A stretch of DNA of 32,000 nucleotides, taken from positions 238,706 to 270,705 of the forward strand of contig NZ_OMOH01000001.1 in the NCBI RefSeq assembly GCF_900289195.1, written 5' to 3'. Position numbers and translations under genes: made by a program. Below, piece after piece: positions 9,099 through 17,387 of the stretch. Under the pieces are notes generated by a model that saw only the letters and a program-made list of their open reading frames with translations, made no database searches and was not told where the DNA came from. The stretch comes from Propionibacterium ruminifibrarum. GTDB lineage: Bacteria > Actinomycetota > Actinomycetes > Propionibacteriales > Propionibacteriaceae. Every line of letters begins with the position of its first letter. Position 1 is the stretch's first letter.

Positions 9099-10456
9099 GG
9101 AGCCGCCCGACCATGCAGCAGCTGTCACCGCACGACGACCGAACCCCGACCCCGGGGGGCGGCTCAGCCCTCTGGCTGATCGGATTCTGGACCCTGAGCC
9201 GGATCGTCATGCTGTTCCTGTGGCAGGCGCTGTGCAGCTTCGTCCGCAATGACGTGAACTACTACGCGATGTCCGTTTCCGGTCTGCCCGTCCCCGTCCT
9301 GACGGACCTGACCGGCGTCCTGATCGAGTACCCCACTCCCCTCGTCTGGCTCATCCAGGTGCTCGAGTGGCCCTCAGCCGGTTCGGTCGATCTGTACGTC
9401 CTGCTCTTCGCGGTACTCGTGGCGACCGCCGACGGCGTCTGCTGCGCCATGCTCCACACCTTTGAGAGCGCCCGTGCGGCATGGGTCTGGGCGGCCTGCG
9501 GCGCCCTGCTCGGCCCGTTGCTGTGGTTCCGACTCGACATCGTCCCGGCCCTGTGCGTACTGGGCGCGCTGCACCAGATGAGCCGCCGGCCCGCCCTGGC
9601 CGGCGCGCTGCTGGCGCTCGGCGCCGGGTTCAAGCTGTGGCCGGCGCTGCTCGTCCTGCCGATGCTGGGCCGCTCACGCACGGCCCGGCGCCGTGGCGTC
9701 GGGTTCGTCCTCACCGGCATGGTGCTCGTCCTGCTCTCGGTGGCCACATCCGGTCTCGGCCGGACCGTCTCGCCGCTGACCTGGCAGTCCGAGCGGGGGT
9801 TGCAGATCGAATCGGTCTGGGCCACTCCGCTCATGCTCGCCCGTGCTCTCGGCGCCACCGGCGTGGACGTCCAGTTCAGTGATTTCAAGGCCTACGAGGT
9901 CTTCGCCGCCTCCGTCGGAGGCTGGCGGATCGCGGCAAGCGCGGCCATGATCATCCTGGTCGCGCTGTCCGTGGCCCTGTCGGCCGTCCTCGCCCTGCGC
10001 GAGCAGGAGCAGGCCCCGATCTCACCCGGCACTCCCCCCGGTCACGAGTGGGCCGTCCGGCTGGCGGTCCTGGCGATCATCTGCGGATGGATCGTGGCGA
10101 ACAAGACCCTCAGCCCCCAGTACATGACCTGGCTCTTCGGCCCGCTGGCCCTCGTCGCCTCGGGGCTGGGCACCCCCGACAGGGCCGGAGCGGCCAGGCG
10201 ACTCGTGGCCGCCGGGCTGACCGCGACGGCCCTGACCCAGCTCGTCTATCCCCTCACCTACAGCGGCATCATCTCCGCCCTCGATCCGAACATCGGGTCG
10301 ACGATGATGCTCGTCCTGCGCAACCTGTGCGTCGTCGCGTTGGCCGTCCTTGCCTGGGTCGAGGCCTTCGTCGCCGCGCTGGGTCTCAAGCGGTCGGCGG
10401 CGTCCCCACTGTCTCCCCGTGACGAACCCCGATCCGCTTTGCCAACTCAGTCCTGA
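9095..10456 (+). CDS. GT87 / DUF2029-family polytopic membrane glycosyltransferase, paralogue 2
   Basis: Shares the same motif series as the upstream gene (RNDVNYY, IEYPTPL, KLWPALL, WQSERGLQIES, NKTLSPQY, LVYPLTY). The ATG at 9095 overlaps the upstream stop (ATGA). An alternative ATG lies at 9113. Confidence 0.7.
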   Translation: MRSRPTMQQLSPHDDRTPTPGGGSALWLIGFWTLSRIVMLFLWQALCSFVRNDVNYYAMSVSGLPVPVLTDLTGVLIEYPTPLVWLIQVLEWPSAGSVDLYVLLFAVLVATADGVCCAMLHTFESARAAWVWAACGALLGPLLWFRLDIVPALCVLGALHQMSRRPALAGALLALGAGFKLWPALLVLPMLGRSRTARRRGVGFVLTGMVLVLLSVATSGLGRTVSPLTWQSERGLQIESVWATPLMLARALGATGVDVQFSDFKAYEVFAASVGGWRIAASAAMIILVALSVALSAVLALREQEQAPISPGTPPGHEWAVRLAVLAIICGWIVANKTLSPQYMTWLFGPLALVASGLGTPDRAGAARRLVAAGLTATALTQLVYPLTYSGIISALDPNIGSTMMLVLRNLCVVALAVLAWVEAFVAALGLKRSAASPLSPRDEPRSALPTQS

Positions 10457-10772
10457 TTTGTCAAGTCAATGATGATGAAATGATCAGAAAGTGCACGCCG
10501 AGCCGCTCAGGATGCACAAAGGATGATGATCGCGTCCGATCTCTAGCTGAATCTTGAAGCGCATGGCAAGCTGGTGCTCTGGGGCTTGAAGTTCCCCGCC
10601 GTCTCACCCGTGATCGGGCGCCCCTGGCCCGGATCACGCGCGGACGGCGGCGGTGGTCCGGGCCCCTGATTCGTTCGAAGAACAATCGCCACGCGACGGA
10701 CGGGGCCTGCCCTGTCCGCGCGCTGACAGCGGGTCATGACGGCCCGCCACTCGCCTAAGGAGTCGTACACAC

Positions 10773-11021
10773 ATGGACTGGCGTCACGAGGCCGCCTGTC
10801 GGGTCGAGGACCCGGAGCTCTTCTTCCCCATCGGCAACACTGGGCCGGCCCTCACCCAGATCGAGGAGGCGAAAAAGGTCTGCCAGCGCTGCTGCGTCTG
10901 CGACAAGTGCCTCGCTTGGGCTCTCGAGGCCGGTCAGGACCACGGCGTGTGGGGCGGCATGTCCGAGGACGAGCGGCGCACCATGAAACGTCGCGCGGCC
11001 CGAGCACGCAAGGCGGCCTGA
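10773..11021 (+). CDS. whiB1: WhiB1/WblE-type Fe-S (NO-sensing) transcription factor
   Basis: MDWRHEAACRVEDPELFFP...GVWGGMSEDERR is nearly collinear with M. tuberculosis WhiB1. AAGGAG lies 10 nt upstream. It is adjacent to pdtaS, as for Rv3219/Rv3220c. Confidence 0.95.
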   Translation: MDWRHEAACRVEDPELFFPIGNTGPALTQIEEAKKVCQRCCVCDKCLAWALEAGQDHGVWGGMSEDERRTMKRRAARARKAA

Positions 11022-11045
11022 GTCTCCGAGTCCCCTTACCGGGAG

Positions 11046-11067
11046 GGCGCCGGCCGACGTCGGCGCC
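11046..11067 (+). terminator. Candidate whiB1 terminator hairpin
   Basis: GGCGCCG (11046-11052) pairs with CGGCGCC (11061-11067) around an 8-nt loop, in the convergent gap between whiB1 and pdtaS. Confidence 0.3.
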
Positions 11068-11109
11068 GCACTTCGTCGTGCCCGAGACCTCACTGCCTCG
11101 GGGCCCGGC

Positions 11110-12579
11110 TCACAGGGCCAGTGTCTCGGCCGGGATGACGACCCGGGAGGTGGCACCGACGCCGTCGGGGTTGTTGAACAAGGTGAAGTCACCGTGCAGG
11201 TCGGCCGCCAGCGTCGCGACGATCGACGTGCCGAGGCTGTCGGTGTGGAAGAGCCGGAAGTCATCGGCCAGACCGACGCCCTGGTCGACGACGTCGAGGA
11301 TCAGCCCGCCGTCCTCCTGACGCTGCGGAACCACGCGCACGGCACCGTCACCGGATTCCAGGCCGTGCTCGATCGCGTTCTGGCACAGCTCCGTCATGAT
11401 GAGCGACAACGAGGTGGCCACCTTGGCCGGGACGAGCCCGAAACTCCCCTCGCGGGTGACGCGGACGACACCGGAACTGGCCGCCATGTCCCCGACCATC
11501 TGCAGAATCGTGTCCGCTATCTCGTCGAACTCGGCGGCCTCATCAATGCTCCGCGACAGGATCTCGTGGACGATGGAGATCGACTGCACACGACTCATCG
11601 CGTCGTTGAGGTCATTCTTGGCCTCGGGGGAGGTCGCCCGCCGCGACTGCAAACGCAACAGGGCCGAGACCGTCTGCAGGTTGTTCTTGACCCGGTGGTG
11701 GGTCTCGCGGATCATCGCGTTCTTCGTCTGGAGTTCGCGGTCGCGATACCGCAGATCGGTGATGTCGCGGCACAGCGCAACGATCGCGACGCACTCGCTG
11801 TCCCTGGTCAGGGGCAGAATGCGCAATCTCATGGAACCGGCACTGTTCTCGGCCTCGTACTCACCGCCCGCCATGCCGTCGAACCGCGCGTGAGTGGGTT
11901 CCACGGGCTGGACCTGCGCTCCGAGGCCCTCCTCGGTCAGGGACCACAGGTTGTCGCCGATGAGATCGCCCACCAGACCAAGAAGCCGGTAGGCGGAGAC
12001 CGCATTGGGGCTCGCGTACTCCATGAGCCCCTCGGCGCGGGCCAGGATGAGACCATCGCCGACGTGGGGACTGAGCGTGGGATCGCTCGGCGGGTCGATC
12101 GGGAAGTCACCATGCCAGACCATGTCGGACAACATGTCGGCGATCCTCAGGTAGGCGTCCTCCATGGCGCCGGGTGCTCGCACACCCATCCTGTTGGTGT
12201 GCCGCTCCAGGATGCCGATGACCTCGTCGTGACGGATGATGGGGATCGCCAGGACGTCGACGGGTATGCCGGCCTGCAGCTTGTTGTTGCTCGTCTCACA
12301 GATCTCGCGCGACAGATAGGCCTCGACGACCAACGAGTCGGGCTCGTAGCGGATCTCGGAGCCGACGACGTCCTCCTCGAGGGCGGTGGGGCCGGTCACC
12401 GGCCGGCGCTGGGCGATGGCCCAGAAGACGTTGTCATCGACGTCCGGCACCCACAGGATGAGGTCGGAGAAGCTGGTGTCCGCCAGCACGTGCCATTCGC
12501 GGACGAAGGAGCTGAGCCAGAGCCGATCCTCCTCGCCGATCTCAGTGTGCTCGGCAAACATTCGCTCCATCGTCTGCAT
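11110..12579 (-). CDS. pdtaS: Sensor histidine kinase PdtaS (GAF-PAS-HisKA_2-HATPase, cytoplasmic)
   Basis: 489 aa with no TM segments. H-box is ETHHRVKNNLQTVSALLRLQ (HisKA_2 type), with a C-terminal ATPase domain. Position next to whiB1 matches Rv3220c. Confidence 0.9.
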   Translation of the reverse strand: MQTMERMFAEHTEIGEEDRLWLSSFVREWHVLADTSFSDLILWVPDVDDNVFWAIAQRRPVTGPTALEEDVVGSEIRYEPDSLVVEAYLSREICETSNNKLQAGIPVDVLAIPIIRHDEVIGILERHTNRMGVRAPGAMEDAYLRIADMLSDMVWHGDFPIDPPSDPTLSPHVGDGLILARAEGLMEYASPNAVSAYRLLGLVGDLIGDNLWSLTEEGLGAQVQPVEPTHARFDGMAGGEYEAENSAGSMRLRILPLTRDSECVAIVALCRDITDLRYRDRELQTKNAMIRETHHRVKNNLQTVSALLRLQSRRATSPEAKNDLNDAMSRVQSISIVHEILSRSIDEAAEFDEIADTILQMVGDMAASSGVVRVTREGSFGLVPAKVATSLSLIMTELCQNAIEHGLESGDGAVRVVPQRQEDGGLILDVVDQGVGLADDFRLFHTDSLGTSIVATLAADLHGDFTLFNNPDGVGATSRVVIPAETLAL

Positions 12580-12638
12580 GCGCCGATCCTACCGAGCTGA
12601 CGAGCACCGGCCCCCGCGGCCGTGGCCGGGCCGTGAGA

Positions 12639-12926
12639 CTAGAGGACCTGTTCACTGATCATGGTGAGACGGGCGATGCGGGCGCGCAGCTCTCCCGAGG
12701 CGCACGGCGTGCCGGAGCAACTGCGCTGCACCAGGGTGCTGATGGTCGCCTCGATCCCGAAATCATCCATGCAGCTCTCGCAGATCATCAGGTGGTGACG
12801 GATCTCGTCCGCGGTGGCCTCGGGCAATTCACCGTGCAGGAAGGCGTGAACGCTGGCCGCGGCGTAGTCGCACGCCGCCTCGTCGGTCGCGCTCACGGGG
12901 AAGAAGTCTGAGCTGAACTCGTTCAT
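12639..12926 (-). CDS. rshA: Anti-sigma factor RshA/RsrA (zinc-associated anti-sigma, redox sensing)
   Basis: 95 aa with the ZAS motif HHLMICESC (H-x3-C-x2-C) plus the N-terminal Cys (AACDY). Its start overlaps the sigH stop (ATGA). Confidence 0.9.
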   Translation of the reverse strand: MNEFSSDFFPVSATDEAACDYAAASVHAFLHGELPEATADEIRHHLMICESCMDDFGIEATISTLVQRSCSGTPCASGELRARIARLTMISEQVL

Positions 12927-13615
12927 CTGTCACGCTGCCTTCCGATGCCGTGCTCACGGGCGTAGTCCGCCAGGGCCTCGCGCAGCTGAGCCCGGCCACG
13001 ATTGAGCCGCGACATCACCGTGCCGATGGGGGTTCCCATGATTTCGGCGATCTCCTTGTATGAGAAACCGTCCACGTCAGCCAGCAGCACCGCCTGACGG
13101 AAGTCATCCGACAACGAGTTGAGTGCGTCGGTGACCGCCTGGTCGGGGATGGAGTCGAGGGCCGCCATCTCGGCCGATTGCAGACCACTCGAGTCATGAG
13201 AGGCCGCCCTCGCCAACTGCCAGTCCTCGACCTCCTCGCCGCCACTGGTCTGCGGCTGGCGCTGGGCCTTGCGATAACTGTTGATGTAGGTGTTCGTGAG
13301 GATGCGATACAACCAGGCCTTGAGGTTGGTGCCCGGTTTGAACTGCTTGAAGGAGCTGAAGGCCTTCACATAGGTCTCCTGCACGATGTCCTCGGCATCG
13401 CTCGGGTTGCGCGTCATGCGAAGCGCCGCGCCGTAGAGCTGATCGAGATAGACCATGGCATCGCGCTCGAATCGGGCGATCCGCTGCTGCTGCGTCTCGG
13501 TGTCGCGAATGTCGTCGGCCTGCTGGGTCAGGTCGAAGCCGGCATCGCTCATCTCATGCGTCGGGTTCATCGCATACGACAGTACCGAATCTCTCGGTGC
13601 AGTCATCGTCATCAC
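12923..13615 (-). CDS. sigH: ECF sigma factor SigH/SigR
   Basis: [40 protein letters not shown]...[18 protein letters not shown]...[13 protein letters not shown] is close to M. tuberculosis SigH. GTG at 13615 and ATG at 13612 are both possible starts. Confidence 0.93.
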   Translation of the reverse strand: MMTMTAPRDSVLSYAMNPTHEMSDAGFDLTQQADDIRDTETQQQRIARFERDAMVYLDQLYGAALRMTRNPSDAEDIVQETYVKAFSSFKQFKPGTNLKAWLYRILTNTYINSYRKAQRQPQTSGGEEVEDWQLARAASHDSSGLQSAEMAALDSIPDQAVTDALNSLSDDFRQAVLLADVDGFSYKEIAEIMGTPIGTVMSRLNRGRAQLREALADYAREHGIGRQRDR

Positions 13616-13623
13616 ACCGAGGA

Positions 13624-13649
13624 AACGCCCAGGTGCGGCACGGTATTCC
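13624..13649 (-). promoter_or_regulatory. SigH/SigR-type autoregulatory promoter (GGAAT-N18-GTT)
   Basis: Minus strand reads GGAAT accgtgccgcacctgggc GTT, an exact 18-nt spacer. The GTT ends 8 nt before the GTG at 13615. Confidence 0.7.
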
Positions 13650-13740
13650 CACAGGCCGGGTGATCGTGGATCCGACCCGCTGCCCCAACGCCGCCGGGCG
13701 CCGTACCACGGTTGTCACCCGGCTCGCTACTCTGGGCGTC

Positions 13741-15072
13741 ATGGATGACTCGGCGACCTGGACCCGTGCGGCCGGATCCGACGGCGCGGGCTGGCCGGCG
13801 CCGTACCCGGGCCGGGCGCTGCACGCGACGGTCGAGGTGCCCGGGTCGAAGTCCGAGTCCAACAGGGCACTCGTCCTGGCCGCCCTCAGTGACGGCCCGA
13901 GCACCCTCAGCGGTCTCCTCGACGCTCGGGACACCCGCCTCATGGCCGCAGCGTTGCGCTCCCTCGGCACCACCGTCGAGACCACCGGCAGCACCTGCCG
14001 CGTCACGCCGGGCCCGCTGCACGCGGCGACCCGGCCGATCGACTGCGGACTGGCCGGCACCGTCATGCGCTTCGTCCCACCGGTTGCGGCGCTGGCGGGC
14101 GGGTGCAGCTCGTTCACCGGGGACGAGCGGGCCGGCGAGCGTCCCCTCGCCCCGCTGCTCGAGGGTCTGCGTCAACTCGGCGCCTGCATCGACGCCGACG
14201 CGGTCCCCTTCACGCTCGACGCCGGTACCGGCCTGAAGGGCGGCACCGTACGTATCGACGCGAGCAGTTCCAGCCAGTTCGTCTCGGGTCTCATGCTCGC
14301 CGGGGCCCGCTTCGAACGGGGTCTGGACATCGTGCACGTCGGCAGCGCGGTGCCATCGGCTCCCCACATCGCAATGACGATCGACATGGCCGCGCGTCAC
14401 GGGGTCCGGATCGAGACCCTCGAGACCGGTCATCACTGGCGGGTCCACTCCGGCGTCATCACGGCCCGCGATGACCGGATCGAACCCGATCTGACCAACG
14501 CCGCGGTGTTCCTCGCCGCCGGCGTGCTCACCGGCGGGACGGTGTCCATCGCCGGCTGGCCACGTCGCAGCACGCAGCCGGGTGCGGTGATCGGTTCGGT
14601 CCTGGCCCGCATGGGCGCCACCGTCATCGAGGCCCCCGACGGCCTGGGGGCCTCGGCCGTCTCCCTCAGGGGCGCCCGGCTCGACCTCCACGAGGCCAGC
14701 GAACTGACACCGGTCGCCGCCGCGCTGGCAGTCGCGGCGCACGGGTCCACGACGATCACCGGCGTCGGCCACATCCGCGGCCACGAGACCGACCGCATCA
14801 AGGCCATCGTCACCGAGCTGAACCGGCTGGGCGTCCCGGCCGGGGAACTCCCCGACGGCCTCACCATCACGGGCATGGCCGGGCACCTCGACCGGCTCCA
14901 TCCGAGCGAGGGCGATGGCCTGTTCGCCTGCCACGCCGACCACCGGATGGCGCACCTGGGCGCCCTCATGGGCCTGGTCATCCCCGGCGTGCGGCTCGAC
15001 GACGTGGGGTGCACCAGCAAGACCATGCCCGACTTCACCCGACGCTGGGACACCATGGCGGGGACCCGATGA
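13741..15072 (+). CDS. aroA: 3-phosphoshikimate 1-carboxyvinyltransferase (EPSP synthase)
   Basis: VEVPGSKSESNRALVLAAL...DTRLMAAALRSLG and C-terminal HRMAH motifs. I used the ATG at 13741 (MDDSATW). The track start at 13597 overlaps the sigH promoter region. Confidence 0.93.
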   Translation: MDDSATWTRAAGSDGAGWPAPYPGRALHATVEVPGSKSESNRALVLAALSDGPSTLSGLLDARDTRLMAAALRSLGTTVETTGSTCRVTPGPLHAATRPIDCGLAGTVMRFVPPVAALAGGCSSFTGDERAGERPLAPLLEGLRQLGACIDADAVPFTLDAGTGLKGGTVRIDASSSSQFVSGLMLAGARFERGLDIVHVGSAVPSAPHIAMTIDMAARHGVRIETLETGHHWRVHSGVITARDDRIEPDLTNAAVFLAAGVLTGGTVSIAGWPRRSTQPGAVIGSVLARMGATVIEAPDGLGASAVSLRGARLDLHEASELTPVAAALAVAAHGSTTITGVGHIRGHETDRIKAIVTELNRLGVPAGELPDGLTITGMAGHLDRLHPSEGDGLFACHADHRMAHLGALMGLVIPGVRLDDVGCTSKTMPDFTRRWDTMAGTR

Positions 15073-16118
15073 GTCCCCGCCGCACACGCGGCGCCATCGG
15101 CCGTGGCACCGACTTCGACACCCATGACTTCGGGCGCCCCGCCAAGCGCAGCCGCCCACGGACGAAGGACCGCCCCGACTACTCGGCCGCCCGGATCGCC
15201 CGCGTCATCACCGTCGACCGCGGCCGGTACCACTGCCGGATGGTCGACGGCGACCAGCACCCGCTCGTCGCGACGAAGGCCCGCCGGCTCGGACGCAAGG
15301 GCGTCATCGTCGGCGACCTGGTGCGCGTGGTCGGGGACACGAGCGGCGACGAGGGCACCCTGGCGCGCATCGTCCAGCTGGAACCCCGTCGCACCGAGCT
15401 GAACCGCACCGCTGATGACACCGACCCCTACGAACGGCCGATCGTCGCCAACGCCGATCAGCTCGTCATCGTGACGGCCCTCGCCGATCCCCCGGCCCGG
15501 CCCGGCATGATCGACCGCGTCCTGGTGGCCGGGTACGACGCCGGCGTCCGCCCCGTCATCGCGTTGACGAAGGCGGACCTGGCCGACCCGGCCGAGCTCA
15601 TCGCACTGTACGAGCCCATCGACGTGCCCATCGTCGTCTCCGAGCCGGATTCGGATCTCTCGCAGCTGCGTGAGCTCCTGGCCGGGAAGACGACTGTCTT
15701 CGTCGGCCACTCCGGTGTCGGCAAGTCGACCCTCATCAACCGCCTGGTGCCCGGCGCCGACCGCGCCACCGGCCAGGTGAACGAGGCGACCGGCAAGGGG
15801 CGGCACACCTCGACCTCGGCCGAGGCGATCGCCCTGCCCCCCTTCGACGGGCCGGGCGGCCATGATCCCGGCTGGGTCATCGACACGCCGGGCGTCCGCA
15901 GCTTCGGCCTGAGCCACGTGGACCCCCAGACGATCCTGGAGGCCTTCACCGACCTGGCGGATTTCACCGCCGACTGCCCACGCGGCTGCAACCACCACTC
16001 CGATGCCCCCGAGTGCGGCCTGGATGAGGCCGCCGGCCGCGGGGAACTCGCCGCCGCGCGCCTGGAGTCCTTCCGCCGCGTGCTGGAGGCGGTCGACCGG
16101 CCCGAGGAGTACCGCTGA
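15069..16118 (+). CDS. rsgA: Ribosome small-subunit-dependent GTPase A
   Basis: Circularly permuted GTPase (TKADL ... GHSGVGKSTLINRL ... DTPG) with a C-terminal Zn knuckle (CPRGCNHHSDAPEC). The ATG at 15069 overlaps the aroA stop (ATGA). Confidence 0.92.
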   Translation: MSPRRTRGAIGRGTDFDTHDFGRPAKRSRPRTKDRPDYSAARIARVITVDRGRYHCRMVDGDQHPLVATKARRLGRKGVIVGDLVRVVGDTSGDEGTLARIVQLEPRRTELNRTADDTDPYERPIVANADQLVIVTALADPPARPGMIDRVLVAGYDAGVRPVIALTKADLADPAELIALYEPIDVPIVVSEPDSDLSQLRELLAGKTTVFVGHSGVGKSTLINRLVPGADRATGQVNEATGKGRHTSTSAEAIALPPFDGPGGHDPGWVIDTPGVRSFGLSHVDPQTILEAFTDLADFTADCPRGCNHHSDAPECGLDEAAGRGELAAARLESFRRVLEAVDRPEEYR

Positions 16119-16179
16119 GCCACGCCGAGCGCGGGCGAGCCGGCAGGCCGGCGTCGGGATCGCCGGATAGAGTCGGCTC

Positions 16180-16992
16180 ATGGCCGCTGTACCTGACTTC
16201 ACCGATGATCTGCGTCTGGCCCACCTCATGGCCGACAACGCCGATTCCCTCACGCTGAATCGGTTCAAGGCGCGCGACCTGAAGGTGCGGGCCAAGGCCG
16301 ACCACACGCCGGTCTCGGAGGCCGATCAGGCCGTCGAGGCCTCGGTGCGTCACACGCTGGCCACCGCCCGTCCCCGCGACGCCGTGCACGGCGAGGAGAT
16401 GCCCGACACCGGTTACGGTCCCCGCCAGTGGATCATCGACCCGATCGACGGCACGGCCAACTACGTGCGGGGAGTGCCGATCTGGGCCACGCTCATCGGC
16501 CTGCAGGTCGCCGGGGAGATGGTCGTCGGTGTCGTCAGCGCGCCCGCCCTCGGCCGACGCTGGTGGGCGTCCAAGGGCGGCGGGGCCTTCACCGGCACGT
16601 CGCTGTTCAACCCGACACCCATCGGCGTCTCGGGCACCTCGGCCATCGCCGACGCCTTCCTGTCGTACTCCTCGATCCATGGCTGGATCGAGACCGGGCG
16701 TGGCCAGGAGTTCGTCGATCTCATGCGCGACTGCGGCCGGACGAGGGCCTTCGGTGACTTCTTCAGCTACATGCTGGTCGCCGAGGGCGCCGTCGACCTG
16801 GCCTGCGAACCCGACCTGGAGCTGTACGACATGGCGGCCCTCGTACCGATCGTCACCGAGGCCGGCGGCCGCTTCACGAACCTGGACGGCGAACCCGGCC
16901 CGGTCGGCCCGGGCGCCCTCGCCACCAACGGGTTCCTGCACGACGAGGTGCTCGCCCGCCTTGCCCCCGACCAGGACGACCCCGAACCCTGA
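16180..16992 (+). CDS. hisN: Inositol-monophosphatase-family histidinol-phosphatase
   Basis: WIIDPIDGTANYVRGVPIWATLI, SAPALGRRWWA and RAFGDFFSYMLVAEGAVD are collinear with mycobacterial HisN (Rv3137) as recalled. Confidence 0.8.
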   Translation: MAAVPDFTDDLRLAHLMADNADSLTLNRFKARDLKVRAKADHTPVSEADQAVEASVRHTLATARPRDAVHGEEMPDTGYGPRQWIIDPIDGTANYVRGVPIWATLIGLQVAGEMVVGVVSAPALGRRWWASKGGGAFTGTSLFNPTPIGVSGTSAIADAFLSYSSIHGWIETGRGQEFVDLMRDCGRTRAFGDFFSYMLVAEGAVDLACEPDLELYDMAALVPIVTEAGGRFTNLDGEPGPVGPGALATNGFLHDEVLARLAPDQDDPEP

Positions 16993-17045
16993 GCCCTCCC
17001 CGTCGGCTCCAGTGCCCCTCTTTGTCCAACTGGCCGGGACCGGTG

Positions 17046-17337
17046 CGCTTCGTGGGTGGGTTCGCTGCGTTCGGCAGGCCCCTCCCGCCCTGTGATTCAC
17101 AGGTTCGCCGAGGCGAACATGTGAATCACAATGCCCGATGCCGAGCCCTGAGGGGCCTGCCGAACTCCGCTCACAGCCAACCCGGTGCGGGCCGAGTGGA
17201 GCCTGCGGGGGCCTTTCAGGGCTCGGCTCCGGGCATCTGGCGCACCTGTTCGCGCAGCGAACCTGTGCGCCAGCGGGCGGGAAAGGCCCCCACAGGCGCA
17301 ACGGACCCGACCCGTGCAGCAACCCACCCACCGCGAG
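17046..17337. repeat. Composite ~290-bp imperfect palindrome: two diverged inverted copies (17046-17157 and 17210-17337) of a ~115-130-bp hairpin-containing unit
   Basis: Blocks shared between copy 1 and the reverse complement of copy 2: GTGGGTGGGTT(C)GCTGC; GGCC(CCT/TTT)CCCGCCC; a central hairpin with core CACAGGTTCGC...GCGAACA(T/G)GTG; ATGCCCG; GCCGAGCCCTGA(GG/AA)GGCC. Hairpin 1 is 17091-17130 and hairpin 2 is 17237-17273. Confidence 0.75.
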
Positions 17338-17387
17338 CAGGCAACCACACGCGGCAGATCAGGCGGCGAGGCGGTGGAGCATTCGGC

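Noticed and set aside
7491-9128. 545-aa minus-strand ORF overlapping tRNA-Arg and the first GT87 gene
   Set aside because: It is a shadow ORF that runs through a tRNA gene. Its composition is dominated by Arg/Asp/Gly/Gln/His runs. The same reasoning applies to 11194-12600, 6034-7191, 24950-26116, 26375-27223, 28958-29824 and 30272-31531.
14433-16307. 624-aa minus-strand ORF (and the 515-aa ORF at 13612-15159) opposite aroA/rsgA
   Set aside because: These are high-GC shadow ORFs with Arg/Ala/Gly/Pro-rich nonsense composition. The plus-strand frames carry unmistakable AroA and RsgA motifs.
17091-17130. TGTGA...TCACA elements (17091-17101, 17120-17130, 20814-20844) as CRP/FNR-family binding sites
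   Set aside because: The half-sites match, but the spacing is 1 nt or 20 nt rather than the 6 nt of CRP/Crp-Fnr operators. I therefore do not call them CRP sites. They are retained only as parts of the palindromic repeats.
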